From an uncultured Chloroflexia bacterium (lineage in GTDB: Bacteria > Chloroflexota > Limnocylindria > QHBO01): a stretch of 64,000 bases of DNA. Positions 1-9,146 of the stretch are shown here, in pieces (within the stretch, counting starts at the first letter, position 1; each line of letters begins with the position of its first letter). The stretch is taken from contig CAVSAH010000003.1 of assembly GCA_963725885.1 (NCBI GenBank), positions 449,697 through 513,696 on the forward strand, written 5' to 3'. The notes below the pieces were generated by a model. It was given only the letters and a program-made list of their open reading frames with translations. It was not told the origin of the DNA and did no database searches. The translations under genes and the position numbers were made by a program.

Positions 1-686
1 GGCGTCCAGAAGTGGAACGGCACCGCGGCGATCTTGAACGTGCCGCCGACGAGCGCGAACCCGAGCGCCACCAGGATGCCCGCGTTCATCTGCCCGTCGA
101 GCGCGGCCGCGATCCCGGCGATGTTCGTGGTCCCGGTCAGCCCGTAGACCCACGCCACACTGAACAGGAGGATCGCGCTCGCGAAGCTGCCGAGGAGGAA
201 GTACTTCAGCGCACCCTCGTTGCTGTAGCGGTCGGTCTTGTGCAGGCCCGTGAGCAGGTACGAGGGCATCGCCATCAGCTCGAGGCCCAGGAACACGGTG
301 ATGAGGTCGCCGCTCGAGGCGAGGATGCACATGCCGAGGATCGCGCTGACGAGGATCGTCGAGAACTCGCCCAGCGGGATGCGTCGCGAGGTGAGGTACC
401 CCGGGGCGAACAGGGCGCTCAGGATGCCGATGAGGATGGCCGTGGCCTTGAGGAAGACCGAGACGTCGTCGACGACGTAGAACCCGTCGTACACGGTCTC
501 GTTGACGCCCCACACCACGAAGCAGGCGGCTCCGGCGAGCAGCAGGCCGGCGACGGTGAGCGGCGTGAGGAGCCACTTGTCGCGGCGCGGCAGGAACAGG
601 TCGACCGTCAGGACGAGGAGCACCAGGCCCGCCAGCACCAGCTCCGGCAGGATCGTGACGATGTCGTCGAGGAAGGTCAGCTCCAT
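1..686 (-). CDS. nuoN: NADH-quinone oxidoreductase subunit N, first 228 codons (3' end leaves the window)
   Basis: Own translation from ATG at 686: MELTFLDDIVTILPELVLAGLVLL...LGLELMAMPSYLLTG...KYFLLGSFASAILLF...FKIAAVPFHFWTP (antiporter-like NuoN/ND2 signatures). Starts 5 nt after the nuoM stop. No frame break in 686 nt. Absent from the ORF track because it runs off the edge. Confidence 0.88.
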   Translation of the reverse strand, partial: MELTFLDDIVTILPELVLAGLVLLVLTVDLFLPRRDKWLLTPLTVAGLLLAGAACFVVWGVNETVYDGFYVVDDVSVFLKATAILIGILSALFAPGYLTSRRIPLGEFSTILVSAILGMCILASSGDLITVFLGLELMAMPSYLLTGLHKTDRYSNEGALKYFLLGSFASAILLFSVAWVYGLTGTTNIAGIAAALDGQMNAGILVALGFALVGGTFKIAAVPFHFWT

Positions 687-690
687 CGGG

Positions 691-2215
691 TCACCACGGC
701 AGCTCGAAGCCGGTGAGGCCGGCCCCGTTGACGGCCTCGATGATCCGATCGACCGGCACGGCGATCATGTCGAGCACCGGCATCGGGTACACCCCGAGGA
801 CCACCACCAGGACGACGAGCGGGGCGAGCGCGAGCATCTCGCCGCGGCTCATGTCGCGCAGCATCGGCCACCAGCGGTGCATCCAGTCCGACGGCACGGT
901 GAAGAAGGCGCGCTGGAACATCCAGAGCATGTAGACCGCGCTGAGGATGACGACGACCATCGCGCCGGCGGCGACCCACGCCGTTGAAGCTGAAGGCGCC
1001 GATGATGACCAGGAACTCCCCGACGAACCCCGACAGCCCCGGCAGGCCGATGCTCGCGAAGGTGAACAGCCCGAACATGGCCGCGTAGCGCGGCAGCCGG
1101 GCGTTCAGGCCGCCCATGTGGGCGATCTCGCGGTCGTGGGTCTGCTCGTAGATGACGCCGACCAGGAGGAACAGCGCGCCGGTCGTGATGCCGTGGCTGA
1201 TCATCTGGAACACGGCCCCGGACAGCCCCTGCTGGTTGAACACGAACGTGCCGAGCATCACGAAGCCCATGTGGCTCACGCTCGAGTACGCGACCAGCTT
1301 CTTCATGTCGGGCTGGACCATGGCCACCATGGCGCCGTAGATGATCGCCACGATCGCGAGGCCGATGATGATCGGCGCGAACGTCACCGCGGCATCGGGC
1401 AGGATCGGCAGGCTGAAGCGCAGGAACCCGTAGCCGCCGAGCTTCAGCAGGACGCCGGCGAGGATGATCGAGCCGGCGGTCGGGGCCTCGACGTGCGCGT
1501 CGGGGAGCCAGGTGTGGAGCGGCCACATCGGCACCTTGATGGCGAAGGCGAGGAAGAAGGCGAGGAACGCGAGGGCCTGGAGCGTGTCGGTGTAGGGGAA
1601 GCCGCGGAGCGCCTCGTAGCTGAAGGTGAAGTCGTTGCCGCCCGCGGCGTGGGCGATGGCGATCGGCCACGATCGCGACGAGCATGAGCAGCGAGCCCGA
1701 CGAGGGTGTAGATGACGAACTTGACGGTGGCGTAGATGCGTCGCGGCCCGCCCCAGATCCCGATGAGGAAGTACATCGGGAAGAGGCTGACCTCCCAGAA
1801 GACGTAGAAGAGGAACAGGTCGAGCGATACGAAGACGCCGAGCATGCCGACCATGAGCAGCAGCAGCGTGATGTAGTAGCCCTTCACCCTCGTCCCGATC
1901 GGCTCCCACGAGTAGAGGACCGACACCACGCGACAGGAGCGTGGTGAGGATCACGAGCACGACGCTGATGCCGTCGACGCCGAGGGAGTAGCTGATCCCG
2001 AAGGCCTCGATCCACGGAACGTCCTCGCGGAACTGGAACTCGGCGCCGGCGGGGTTGTAGCCGAGCAGCAGCAGCGACAGCCCGAAGCTGACGAGCGTGG
2101 CCAGGAGGGCGATCCAGCGAATCGCGCGCTCCGCCCGACCCGGGACGAAGAGCAGGAGCAGCGCGCCGATCGCCGGCATGAAGACGATGGCCGAGAGCAG
2201 CGGGAAGCCGTCCAT
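691..2215 (-). CDS. nuoM: NADH-quinone oxidoreductase subunit M (frame-disrupted as sequenced; 4 breaks)
   Basis: Five frame segments read [17 protein letters not shown].. / VSVLYSWEPIGTRVKGYYITLLL..WEVSLFPMYFLIGIWGG / LLMLVAIVA / NDFTFSYEAL..KVPMWPLHTWLPDAHVEAPTAGS..KKLVAYSSVSHMGF / MVVVILSAVYMLWMFQRAFF..ELPW. Breaks near 1932, 1695, 1663 and 983. ATG overlaps the nuoL TGA (TGATG). Confidence 0.85.
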
Positions 2216-4435
2216 CAGCGCACCACCGTCGCGTAGGACGAGGAGCACGATCGCCAGCCCCGCGGCGATGCCGAGGCCGTAGTTCTCGACGCGTCCGGTC
2301 TGGATCTTCCGCAGCCAGCCGCCGATCGTCGTCGCGAGCCAGCCGGTGCCGTTGACGAGCCCGTCGATGACCTTGACGTCGAACCACCACAGCGCGTTGG
2401 CCACGAGGACGCCGCCACGCGCGAAGACGAGCCCGTAGATGTCGTCGACGTAGTACTTGTTCAGGCTGGCGCGGTACATGCCCGGCCCGAGGCCGAACGG
2501 GATGCGCTCGCACGAACCGTGCTGGCGCCTCCGGTGTCGCGCACGTACCAGCGATACGCCAGCCACACGCCGAGCGACCGCCACGATCGTGCCGACGCCG
2601 AGCAGGAGGCCGCCGGAGCCGAGAAGGCTGAAGGCATCCTCACCCCGGTCCGTCGGTCGAGCCGGGCAGGACGCCCGCATGCAGCTCCTCGGCCTCGTGG
2701 AAGACCTCCTCCAGCCAGGTGTGGATGACGCCCGCCCTCGGGCGGGATGCCGAGCAGCAGGCCCAGCGAGCGCGGTCGGGACGGCGAGGATGACGAGCGG
2801 GCGCGACCATGGTCGGGCGCTCTCGTGGATGTGGTCCCACACCGCCTTCGGTCCGCGCCACTCGCCCCAGAAGGTCATGAAGATCATCCGGAACGTGTAG
2901 AAGGCGGTCATCAGGGCGACGGTGACGCCGACCACGTAGAAGACGAAGTACCCGTGGTTGAAGGTGACGGCCAGGATCTCGTCCTTGCTGAAGAACCCGG
3001 CGAAGAGCGGGATCCCGGCCAGCGCCAGCGAGCCGATGACCATGGTCAGTAGGTCCAGCGCATCGGCTTGCGCAGGTTGCCCATGAAGCGCATGTCCTGC
3101 TCGCCGCGCGGCGCCGTGGATGACCGAGCCGGAGCCCATGAACAGCAGGCCCTTGAAGAAGCCGTGCGCGACGAGGTGGAAGATGGCCGAGACCCACGCG
3201 CCGACGCCGAGGGCCAGGAACATGTACGCCAGCTGGCTCACCGTCGAGTAGGCGAGGACCTTCTTGATGTCGTTCTGGGTCAGGGCGATGGCCGCCGCGA
3301 AGATGGCGGTGAAGGTCCCGATGGTCGCCACGGTCATCATCGCGACCGGTGCCTCGGCGAAGATCGGGTTGGACCGCGCGACCATGTAGACGCCGGCGTT
3401 GACCATGGTCGCCGCGTGGATGAGGGCGGAGACCGGGGTCGGGCCCTCCATCGCGTCGGGCAGCCAGACGTGGAGCGGGAACTGGGCGCTCTTGCCGACC
3501 GCACCGGCGAACAGGAGCAGCGCGATGATCGTGATCGTCGTCTCGTCGAGCGTGCCGATCGCGCTCGAACACCTCGTGGAAGCTCAGCGTCCCGAGGTTG
3601 ACCCAGATCATGGCGACACCGAGGCCGAAGCCGAGGTCGCCGATGCGGTTGACGACGAAGGCCTTCTTGGCCGCGCCGGCCGCCGAGGGCTTCTTGTACC
3701 AGAAGCCGATGAGCAGGTAGCTGCACAGGCCGACCGCCTCCCAGCCGACGTACAGCAGCAGGAAGTTGTCGGCCAGGATCAGCAGCAGCATGCTGAACAT
3801 GAACAGGTTGAGGTAGGCGAAGAAGCGCCACAGCCCGCGGTCGCCGTCCATGTAGCCGATCGAGTAGACGTGGACGAGGAAGCCCACCGTGCTCACGACC
3901 AGCAGGAGCATGGCGGTCAGCGCGGTCGACGAGGAAGCTGATGTCGACCTCGAAGTCGCCCGATGCGATCCAGCGGTAGATCGTGACCTCGTACTCGTTG
4001 CCGCCGAAGATGACGTCGACGAAGACGACCATGCTGAGCGCCCACATGATCCCGACCAGGAGCGTCGGGACGATCCACGACCGGTATCGCGGCCGCTCGG
4101 CCCCCGGGGCGACGTGCCCGGCCTGCCCGAGCCCGTCGTTCAGGTCGGCGGGGATGACCCCGGCTGCGCCCTCGGCGTTGGCGAGGTCGTCGGCGTGGCC
4201 GGCGTGCGGGCTGGTGGCCGCCTGCTCCTCCTCGGTCGGGATGCCGCGGAACGCGGAGTCGTCGACGTCGTGAGCATCGTGCGCGTCGTGTGACGCATCG
4301 GCTTCGTGGTGGTCATCGTCGTGACCGTGGCCGTGGAGGGGGATGCGATCGAGCCGCGGGCCGATGGCGACGGCGAACAGGAACCCCGCGAGGGGCAGCG
4401 CCGGGAAGGAGGGCGATCAGCAGCTCGATGGGCAT
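2215..4435 (-). CDS. nuoL: NADH-quinone oxidoreductase subunit L with a His/Asp-rich N-terminal loop insertion (frame-disrupted as sequenced; about 11 breaks)
   Basis: Segments [10 protein letters not shown] / [32 protein letters not shown] / [45 protein letters not shown] / ..[39 protein letters not shown] / [19 protein letters not shown] / [26 protein letters not shown].. / ..[21 protein letters not shown]. Breaks near 4403, 3925, 3560, 3105, 3045, 2760, 2730, 2645, 2572 and 2508, plus one before the TGA at 2215-2217. Confidence 0.8.
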
Positions 4436-4439
4436 CGGC

Positions 4440-4746
4440 CTACTCCTTGAGGTCGGAGTACTGGTCGACCTCGGCGGTCTGTCGCGTGCGGATGATGGCG
4501 ATGACGAGGGCCAGGCCGACGGTCACCTCGGCGGCCGCGACGGCCATGATCATCAGCGAGAAGACCGCGCCCGTGTTCGATCGCCGGCGGCAGGTAGGCG
4601 TTGAAGGCCACGAGGCTCAGGTTCACCGCGTTGAACATGAGCTCGATGCTGATGAGCATGAGGATCGCGTTGCGCCGCGCCAGGAAGCCGAACGTGCCGA
4701 TCCCGAACAGCAGCGCGGAGACGAGCAGGTACCCCTCGATGCCCAT
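4440..4746 (-). CDS. nuoK: NADH-quinone oxidoreductase subunit K (1 frame break)
   Basis: [52 protein letters not shown], then in the next frame [41 protein letters not shown]. Break near 4567. Length is 307 nt (306+1). Confidence 0.88.
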
Positions 4747-4749
4747 CGA

Positions 4750-5262
4750 TCAGTTCGCCCGCTCGTCCTCTTCCGGGCCGTCGTGCCAGGAAGATGGCTC
4801 CGATGATCGCCACGAGCAGGAGCATGGCGATGATCTCGAACGGCAGCGCGTAGGTCGGTGAAGATCGCGGTGGCGATGGCGTCCACGCTGGCGGCGACGG
4901 CCTCGGTCGCGAGGCCCCAGTCGGTCTGGACGACGGCCCAGCCGACGAGCCCGGTCACGATCAGCGCGACGACGGCGGCGATCGGCAGCTGGCGGTGGAA
5001 CGGTGCCGGCAGGTTCGCGTCGCCGGCCTGGGTGAGCATGATCGCGAAGAGGATCAGGACGCTGATCGCGCCGAGGTAGATGAGCACCTGCGCGGCCGCC
5101 ACGATCGGCGCGCCGAGCAGCGCGTACATGCCGGCGAGTGACCCGAAGCAGATCATCATCGCGACGGCGCGAGTGGATGATGTTGCGGAGCGTGACGACG
5201 GCGAGTCCGCCCCCGATGACGCCGATGGCGAGCAGGAAGAAGAGGACGCTGGAGATGTCCAG
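4750..5262 (-). CDS. nuoJ: NADH-quinone oxidoreductase subunit J (3 frame breaks; start codon uncertain, CTG behind GGGAG)
   Basis: LDISSVLFFLLAIGVIGGGLAVVTLRNIIHS / AVAMMICFGSLAGMYALLGAPIVAAAQVLIYLGAISVLILFAIMLTQ.. / YALPFEIIAMLLLVAIIGAIFLARRP / EEDERAN*. Breaks near 5170, 4855 and 4775. There is no ATG/GTG/TTG in frame; GGGAG lies 9 nt upstream of the CTG at 5262. Confidence 0.8.
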   Translation of the reverse strand: MDISSVLFFLLAIGVIGGGLAVVTLRNIIHSRRRDDDLLRVTRRHVRAARRADRGGRAGAHLPRRDQRPDPLRDHAHPGRRREPAGTVPPPAADRRRRRADRDRARRLGRRPDRLGPRDRGRRRQRGRHRHRDLHRPTRCRSRSSPCSCSWRSSEPSSWHDGPEEDERAN

Positions 5263-5323
5263 GGTCGTGGGCTCCCGTTGCTGTTCGAGCGCTCGACGGC
5301 CCCGCTCGGGAGGCCGTCGCTCG

Positions 5324-5329
5324 ATTCTA
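5324..5329 (-). promoter_or_regulatory. Candidate internal -10 element (TAGAAT) in the only sizeable gap of the nuo cluster, upstream of nuoJ
   Basis: Minus strand reads ctgcgcTAGAATcgagcg inside the 150-nt gap 5263-5412. It is followed about 55 nt later by GGGAG and the nuoJ start. Confidence 0.3.
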
Positions 5330-5412
5330 GCGCAGGCTCGGCTTCGATCGGTCTCCCGCTCGTGCAGTGGTCAGGACGAGCGCCATCGAGCTCGGCCTGC
5401 CGCGACATCGGT

Positions 5413-7787
5413 CTAGCGGGTTGGTCGCTCCCGGTCGGACATCTCGAGGATGTCGAGCATGGGCAGGTCGCGCTGGTACTCGCTGAACTCGAACTCCGGG
5501 CCGCAGCGCAGCGCGTCGTACGGGCAGGCATCGGCGCAGATGCCGCAGAAGATGCAGCGGCTGATGTCGAGCTGGTAGGTCTCGAGGATGCGCGGGCGCG
5601 GCATGAGCGCGCCGACCGGGCACGTCTCCGCGCATCGGCCACATGACACGCACGGGGTCTCGTTCAGCGATACGAAGTCCGCGGTCGTGACGAGCGAGTC
5701 GAAGCCCTTGCCGATGAAGTCGTAGCAGCCGGCGCCGACGATCTCCTTGCAGACCTGGGCGCATCGGCCGCAGTCGATGCAGCGGGAGTAGTCGCGCAGG
5801 ATGAAGCTGTGGGTCTCGTCGCGGCCGTAGCCGTGGTTGACGCCGACGTACGGGTTGTCCTGGATCGAGCGCTCGTCGATCGCCATGTTCAGCGTCGTCT
5901 CGTACTCGATCGCCGCCTCGCGAAGGTCGCAGTGGCCGATCGCCTCGCAGGTGCACTGCAGGCAGCGTGACGCCTCGGCCATGGCCTGGTCGCCGGTGTA
6001 GCCGTGCTCGTACTCGTCGAAGTTCGTGCGGCGCTCGTCGGCGCCGAGCTTGCCCATGATCGCCTTCGGCTCCTTCACGTCGTCGGTGAAGGGGACGATC
6101 GTCAGGAAGTTCGGCTGCGGCTCGGTGACGATGCGGCGGACCTGCGGATCGTCGAGGTCGTGGCCGCGCAGCCAGTAGTCCATGGCGTACGACGCGCGCC
6201 GCGCCTCTCCGATCGCCTCGACGACGGTGGCGGCTCCGGTGCGCACGTCGCCCGAGGCGAAGATCTTCGGGACGTTGGTGCGGAAGATGTGCTCCTCGGC
6301 GACGAGGTTGCCGCGCCGGTCCACCTCGAGCCCCGCGCGAATCTCCTCGGGCTCGGACTCGATCCATGACAGCTCCGGGCCCTGACCGATGGCGCCCGAG
6401 CACGGTGTCGCACTCGACGATGAACTCGGTGCCGGGCATCGGCTCCGGCCGGCGGCGGCCCTGCGCGTCGGGCTCGCCCAGCTTCATGCGCTGGAACTCG
6501 ACGCCGGAGACCTTGCCGTTCTCGCCGGTGACCATGCGCGTCGGAGCGGCCTGGAAGATGAGGCGCGCGCCCTCCTCGATGGCCTCGTGCGCCTCGTCGG
6601 CTGGCCGGCATGTCCTTGAGGTCGCGGCGGTAGACGAGGGTCACCTCGGCTGCGCCCTGGCGGACGGAGGTCCGCGTGCAGTCGATGGCCGTGAATCCGC
6701 CGCCGATGACGACGACGCGAGCGCCCTTCAGGCGCGGAATGGGAATGCCGCGCGTCGAGTTGTAGAGGTTCTCGAGGGCGTTGACCATGCCGTCGGCGTC
6801 CTCTCCGGGGATGCCGAGCTCGTTCGACTTGTAGCAGCCGATGCCGACGTAGATGGCGTCGTACTCGTCGATGATGTCGCCGAGGTGGAAGTCGCGGCCG
6901 AGCCGCATGTTCGGCTTGAACGTCGCGCCGAGCTCCCAGACGTGGTTGAGCTCGCGGTCCATCCAGCCCTTGGGGAGGCGGTACTCGGGAATCCCGTAGC
7001 GGAGCATGCCGCCCTGCTCGGGATCGGCCTCGAACACGTCGCAGTGGTGGCCCCGCAGCTGGAGGTAGTACGCCGCGGTCATGCCGGCCGGGCCGGCGCC
7101 GATCACGGCCACCTTGCGTCCGCTGTCCGGCTCCTTCGGCCACGGGATCGGCGCGGGAGCATCGACCTCGAGGACCCGATCGGCGCAGTACCGATGCGAG
7201 TCGCGGATGGCGATGGCGGTGTCCACCTCCTCGCGGCGGCAGTGCGTCTCGCACGGTGCCGGGCAGACGCGCCCGAGGATGGCGGGGAAGGGAAGCGACC
7301 GCTTCAGGATCCGCGTCGCCTCTTCCCAGTTCCCGAGCGTGTTCTGCTTGAGGTAGCCGGGAATGTCGACGCGGGTCGGGCACTTGAACTGGCACGGCGG
7401 CAGGCAGTACGCGTCGTGGTCGCTGAAGATGAGCTCGAGGACCATGCGCCGGTTCTCGACGACGCGATCGGAATGGGTGGTGATGACCATCCCTTCCTCG
7501 ATGGCGGTCCCGCACGAGATCGGGGTGTCGTCGCGCCCTTCCACCTCGACGGTGCAGATGCGGCACGCGCCGTACGGGGCGAGCTTGGGCTCGTAGCACA
7601 GCGTCGGGATCTCGATCCCGAGGACCCGACAGGCCTGGAGGATGGTCTGGCCCTCCTCGGCCTCGACCTCGGCGCCGTTGATCGTGACGGTGATCTTCCG
7701 GGTGCCGGGGACCATCGGCCACAGCGGCGTGTAGTCATGCGGCTGCCCGTTGCCCGAGCCGTTGCCGTTCGTGCCTGAGAAGCTCAT
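5413..7787 (-). CDS. Chimeric Fe-S flavoprotein: NuoG/HydA-type 2Fe-2S domain + GltD/NfnB-like NAD(P)H-FAD oxidoreductase + NuoG-type 4Fe-4S domains + NuoI C-terminal half (2 frame breaks)
   Basis: MSFSGTNGNG..LCYEPKLAPYGACRICTVEVEG..ISCGT; CLPPCQFKCPTRVDIPGY..RVCPAPCETHC; VAVIGAGPAGMTAAYYL; VVVIGGGFTAIDC; KIFASGDVRTGAATVVEAIGEARRA; RCLQCTCEAIGHCDL; CIDCGRCAQVC; CVSCGRCAETCPVGAL; LDISRCIFCGICADACPYDAL..EFEFSEYQRD. Breaks near 6602 and 6398. Start is 9 nt after the nuoF-like stop. Confidence 0.8.
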
Positions 7788-7795
7788 CGGTCCCT

Positions 7796-9146
7796 CTACT
7801 CTAGCCCGGCCAGCGGCGGGGCGAGCGGGGGCACCTCGGCGGTGGTGCAGGAGCCGGCCAGGCAAACGCCGCGCTCCGCGTGGGCGCGGTACTCGTCGCC
7901 GAATCGGTCGAGCGTGGTGAGGATCGGGCCCGGCGCCAGGCTCTCGAGCTTGCAGAGCGCGGTGTCGCTCATCTTTCGGGACAGCTCGCGCAGGAGCGTG
8001 ATGTCGTCCGGCCGCGGGGTGGCGGCCAGGATGCGGTCGAGAGCCTCGACCAGGCGCTGGGTGCCGATGCGGCACGGCACGGCCTTGCCGCAGGCCTCTC
8101 GCGCGCTGAAGTCGACGAAGAAGCGTGCCGCGTCGACCATGCAGGTCGCGCGGTCGGCGACGAGCACCGAGCCCGAGCCGATGATGGCCCCCGCAGCGGT
8201 GAGCGGCTCGTAGTCGTAGGCGAGCGTGAACGAGCCGGCATCGATGGCGCCACCGCCGGGGCCTCCCACGAAGACGGCCTTCGGCTTCCCGGTCGGGCCG
8301 CCGGCAGCCTCGACGAGGTCGAGCAGCGAGATGCCCAGCGGCACCTCGATGAGCCCCGGCTCGGCCACGCGGCCCATGATCGTCACCAGCTTGGTGCCGC
8401 GGCTGGCCTCGGTGCCGATCGAGGCGAACGCCTCGGCCGAGTGCGAGGCGATCCAGGCCACGTGAGCGAGGGTCTCGGCGTTGTTCACGACGGTCGGGTC
8501 GCCGCGCAGGCCCGAGGCGGCGGGGTACGGCGGACGGATGGCCGGCATGCCGCGGTCCCCGGAGAGCGCGTTGAGCAGCGCGGTCTCCTCACCGGCGACG
8601 TACGCGCCGGAGCCCTCCCACACCGAGAGCTGGATGCTCGTGTCGGTGCCCATCACGAGGTAGCCCGCCAGGTGCGCCTCGGTCGCCTCGCGCACCGCGG
8701 TGCGCAGCCGGTCGATGGCAAGCGTCCAGTCGCGACGGACGGCGATGATCGCCTCTCCGGCGCCGATGGCGTAGGCGGCGATGAGCAGGCCCTCGATGAC
8801 CAGGTGAGGGTTGCCCTCGACCAGTGCGCGGTCGCCGAGCGCGCTCGGGATCCGCGCCCATGACATTGGCGACGGCCACCTTCCGCGACGCGTCGACGCC
8901 ACGCGCCACGCGCCACTTGTCGGCTGTCGGGAACCCCGACCCGCCACGGCCGCGCAGGCCCGCTGCGTCGATCTCGGCGATGACCTCGCCGGGCGAGAGC
9001 TTGGTCAGCGCCCGCTCCAGCCCCGCATAGCCGCCGTGCTCGCGATAGCTGGCGAGGCTGCCGGGGTCGACCCGACCGATGTCGGTGAGCACGCGCGGCT
9101 CACCGCCGGTGAGGATTCGAATCTGGGGCGAGATGGCACTGGTCAT
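7796..9146 (-). CDS. nuoF: NuoF-like NADH dehydrogenase flavoprotein subunit (1 frame break; one N3-cluster Cys replaced)
   Basis: GLRGRGGSGFPTADKW; GSGAYVAGEETALLNALSG; IRPPYPAASGLRGDPTVVNNAETLAHV; GTKLVTIMGRVAEPGLIEVPLG; EACGKAVPCRIGT (canonical CGKCxPCR); TALCKLESLAPGP. Break near 8848. ATG overlaps the upstream TGA by 1 nt. Confidence 0.85.

Noticed and set aside
677-3451. 924-aa ORF that looks like one giant protein
   Set aside because: It is a chimera. It contains in-frame pieces of NuoL ([17 protein letters not shown].., [16 protein letters not shown]..) and NuoM (MDGFPLL.., NDFTFSYEAL..). These are joined by out-of-frame Arg/Pro-rich filler and by a missing nuoL stop.
691-5262. Programmed ribosomal frameshifting or true pseudogenisation of nuoJ-M
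   Set aside because: There are too many breaks (19), no slippery heptamer or downstream structure at the sites I inspected, all breaks shift in the same direction, and there is no accompanying substitution decay. Consensus insertion errors explain this better. Reads are needed for proof.
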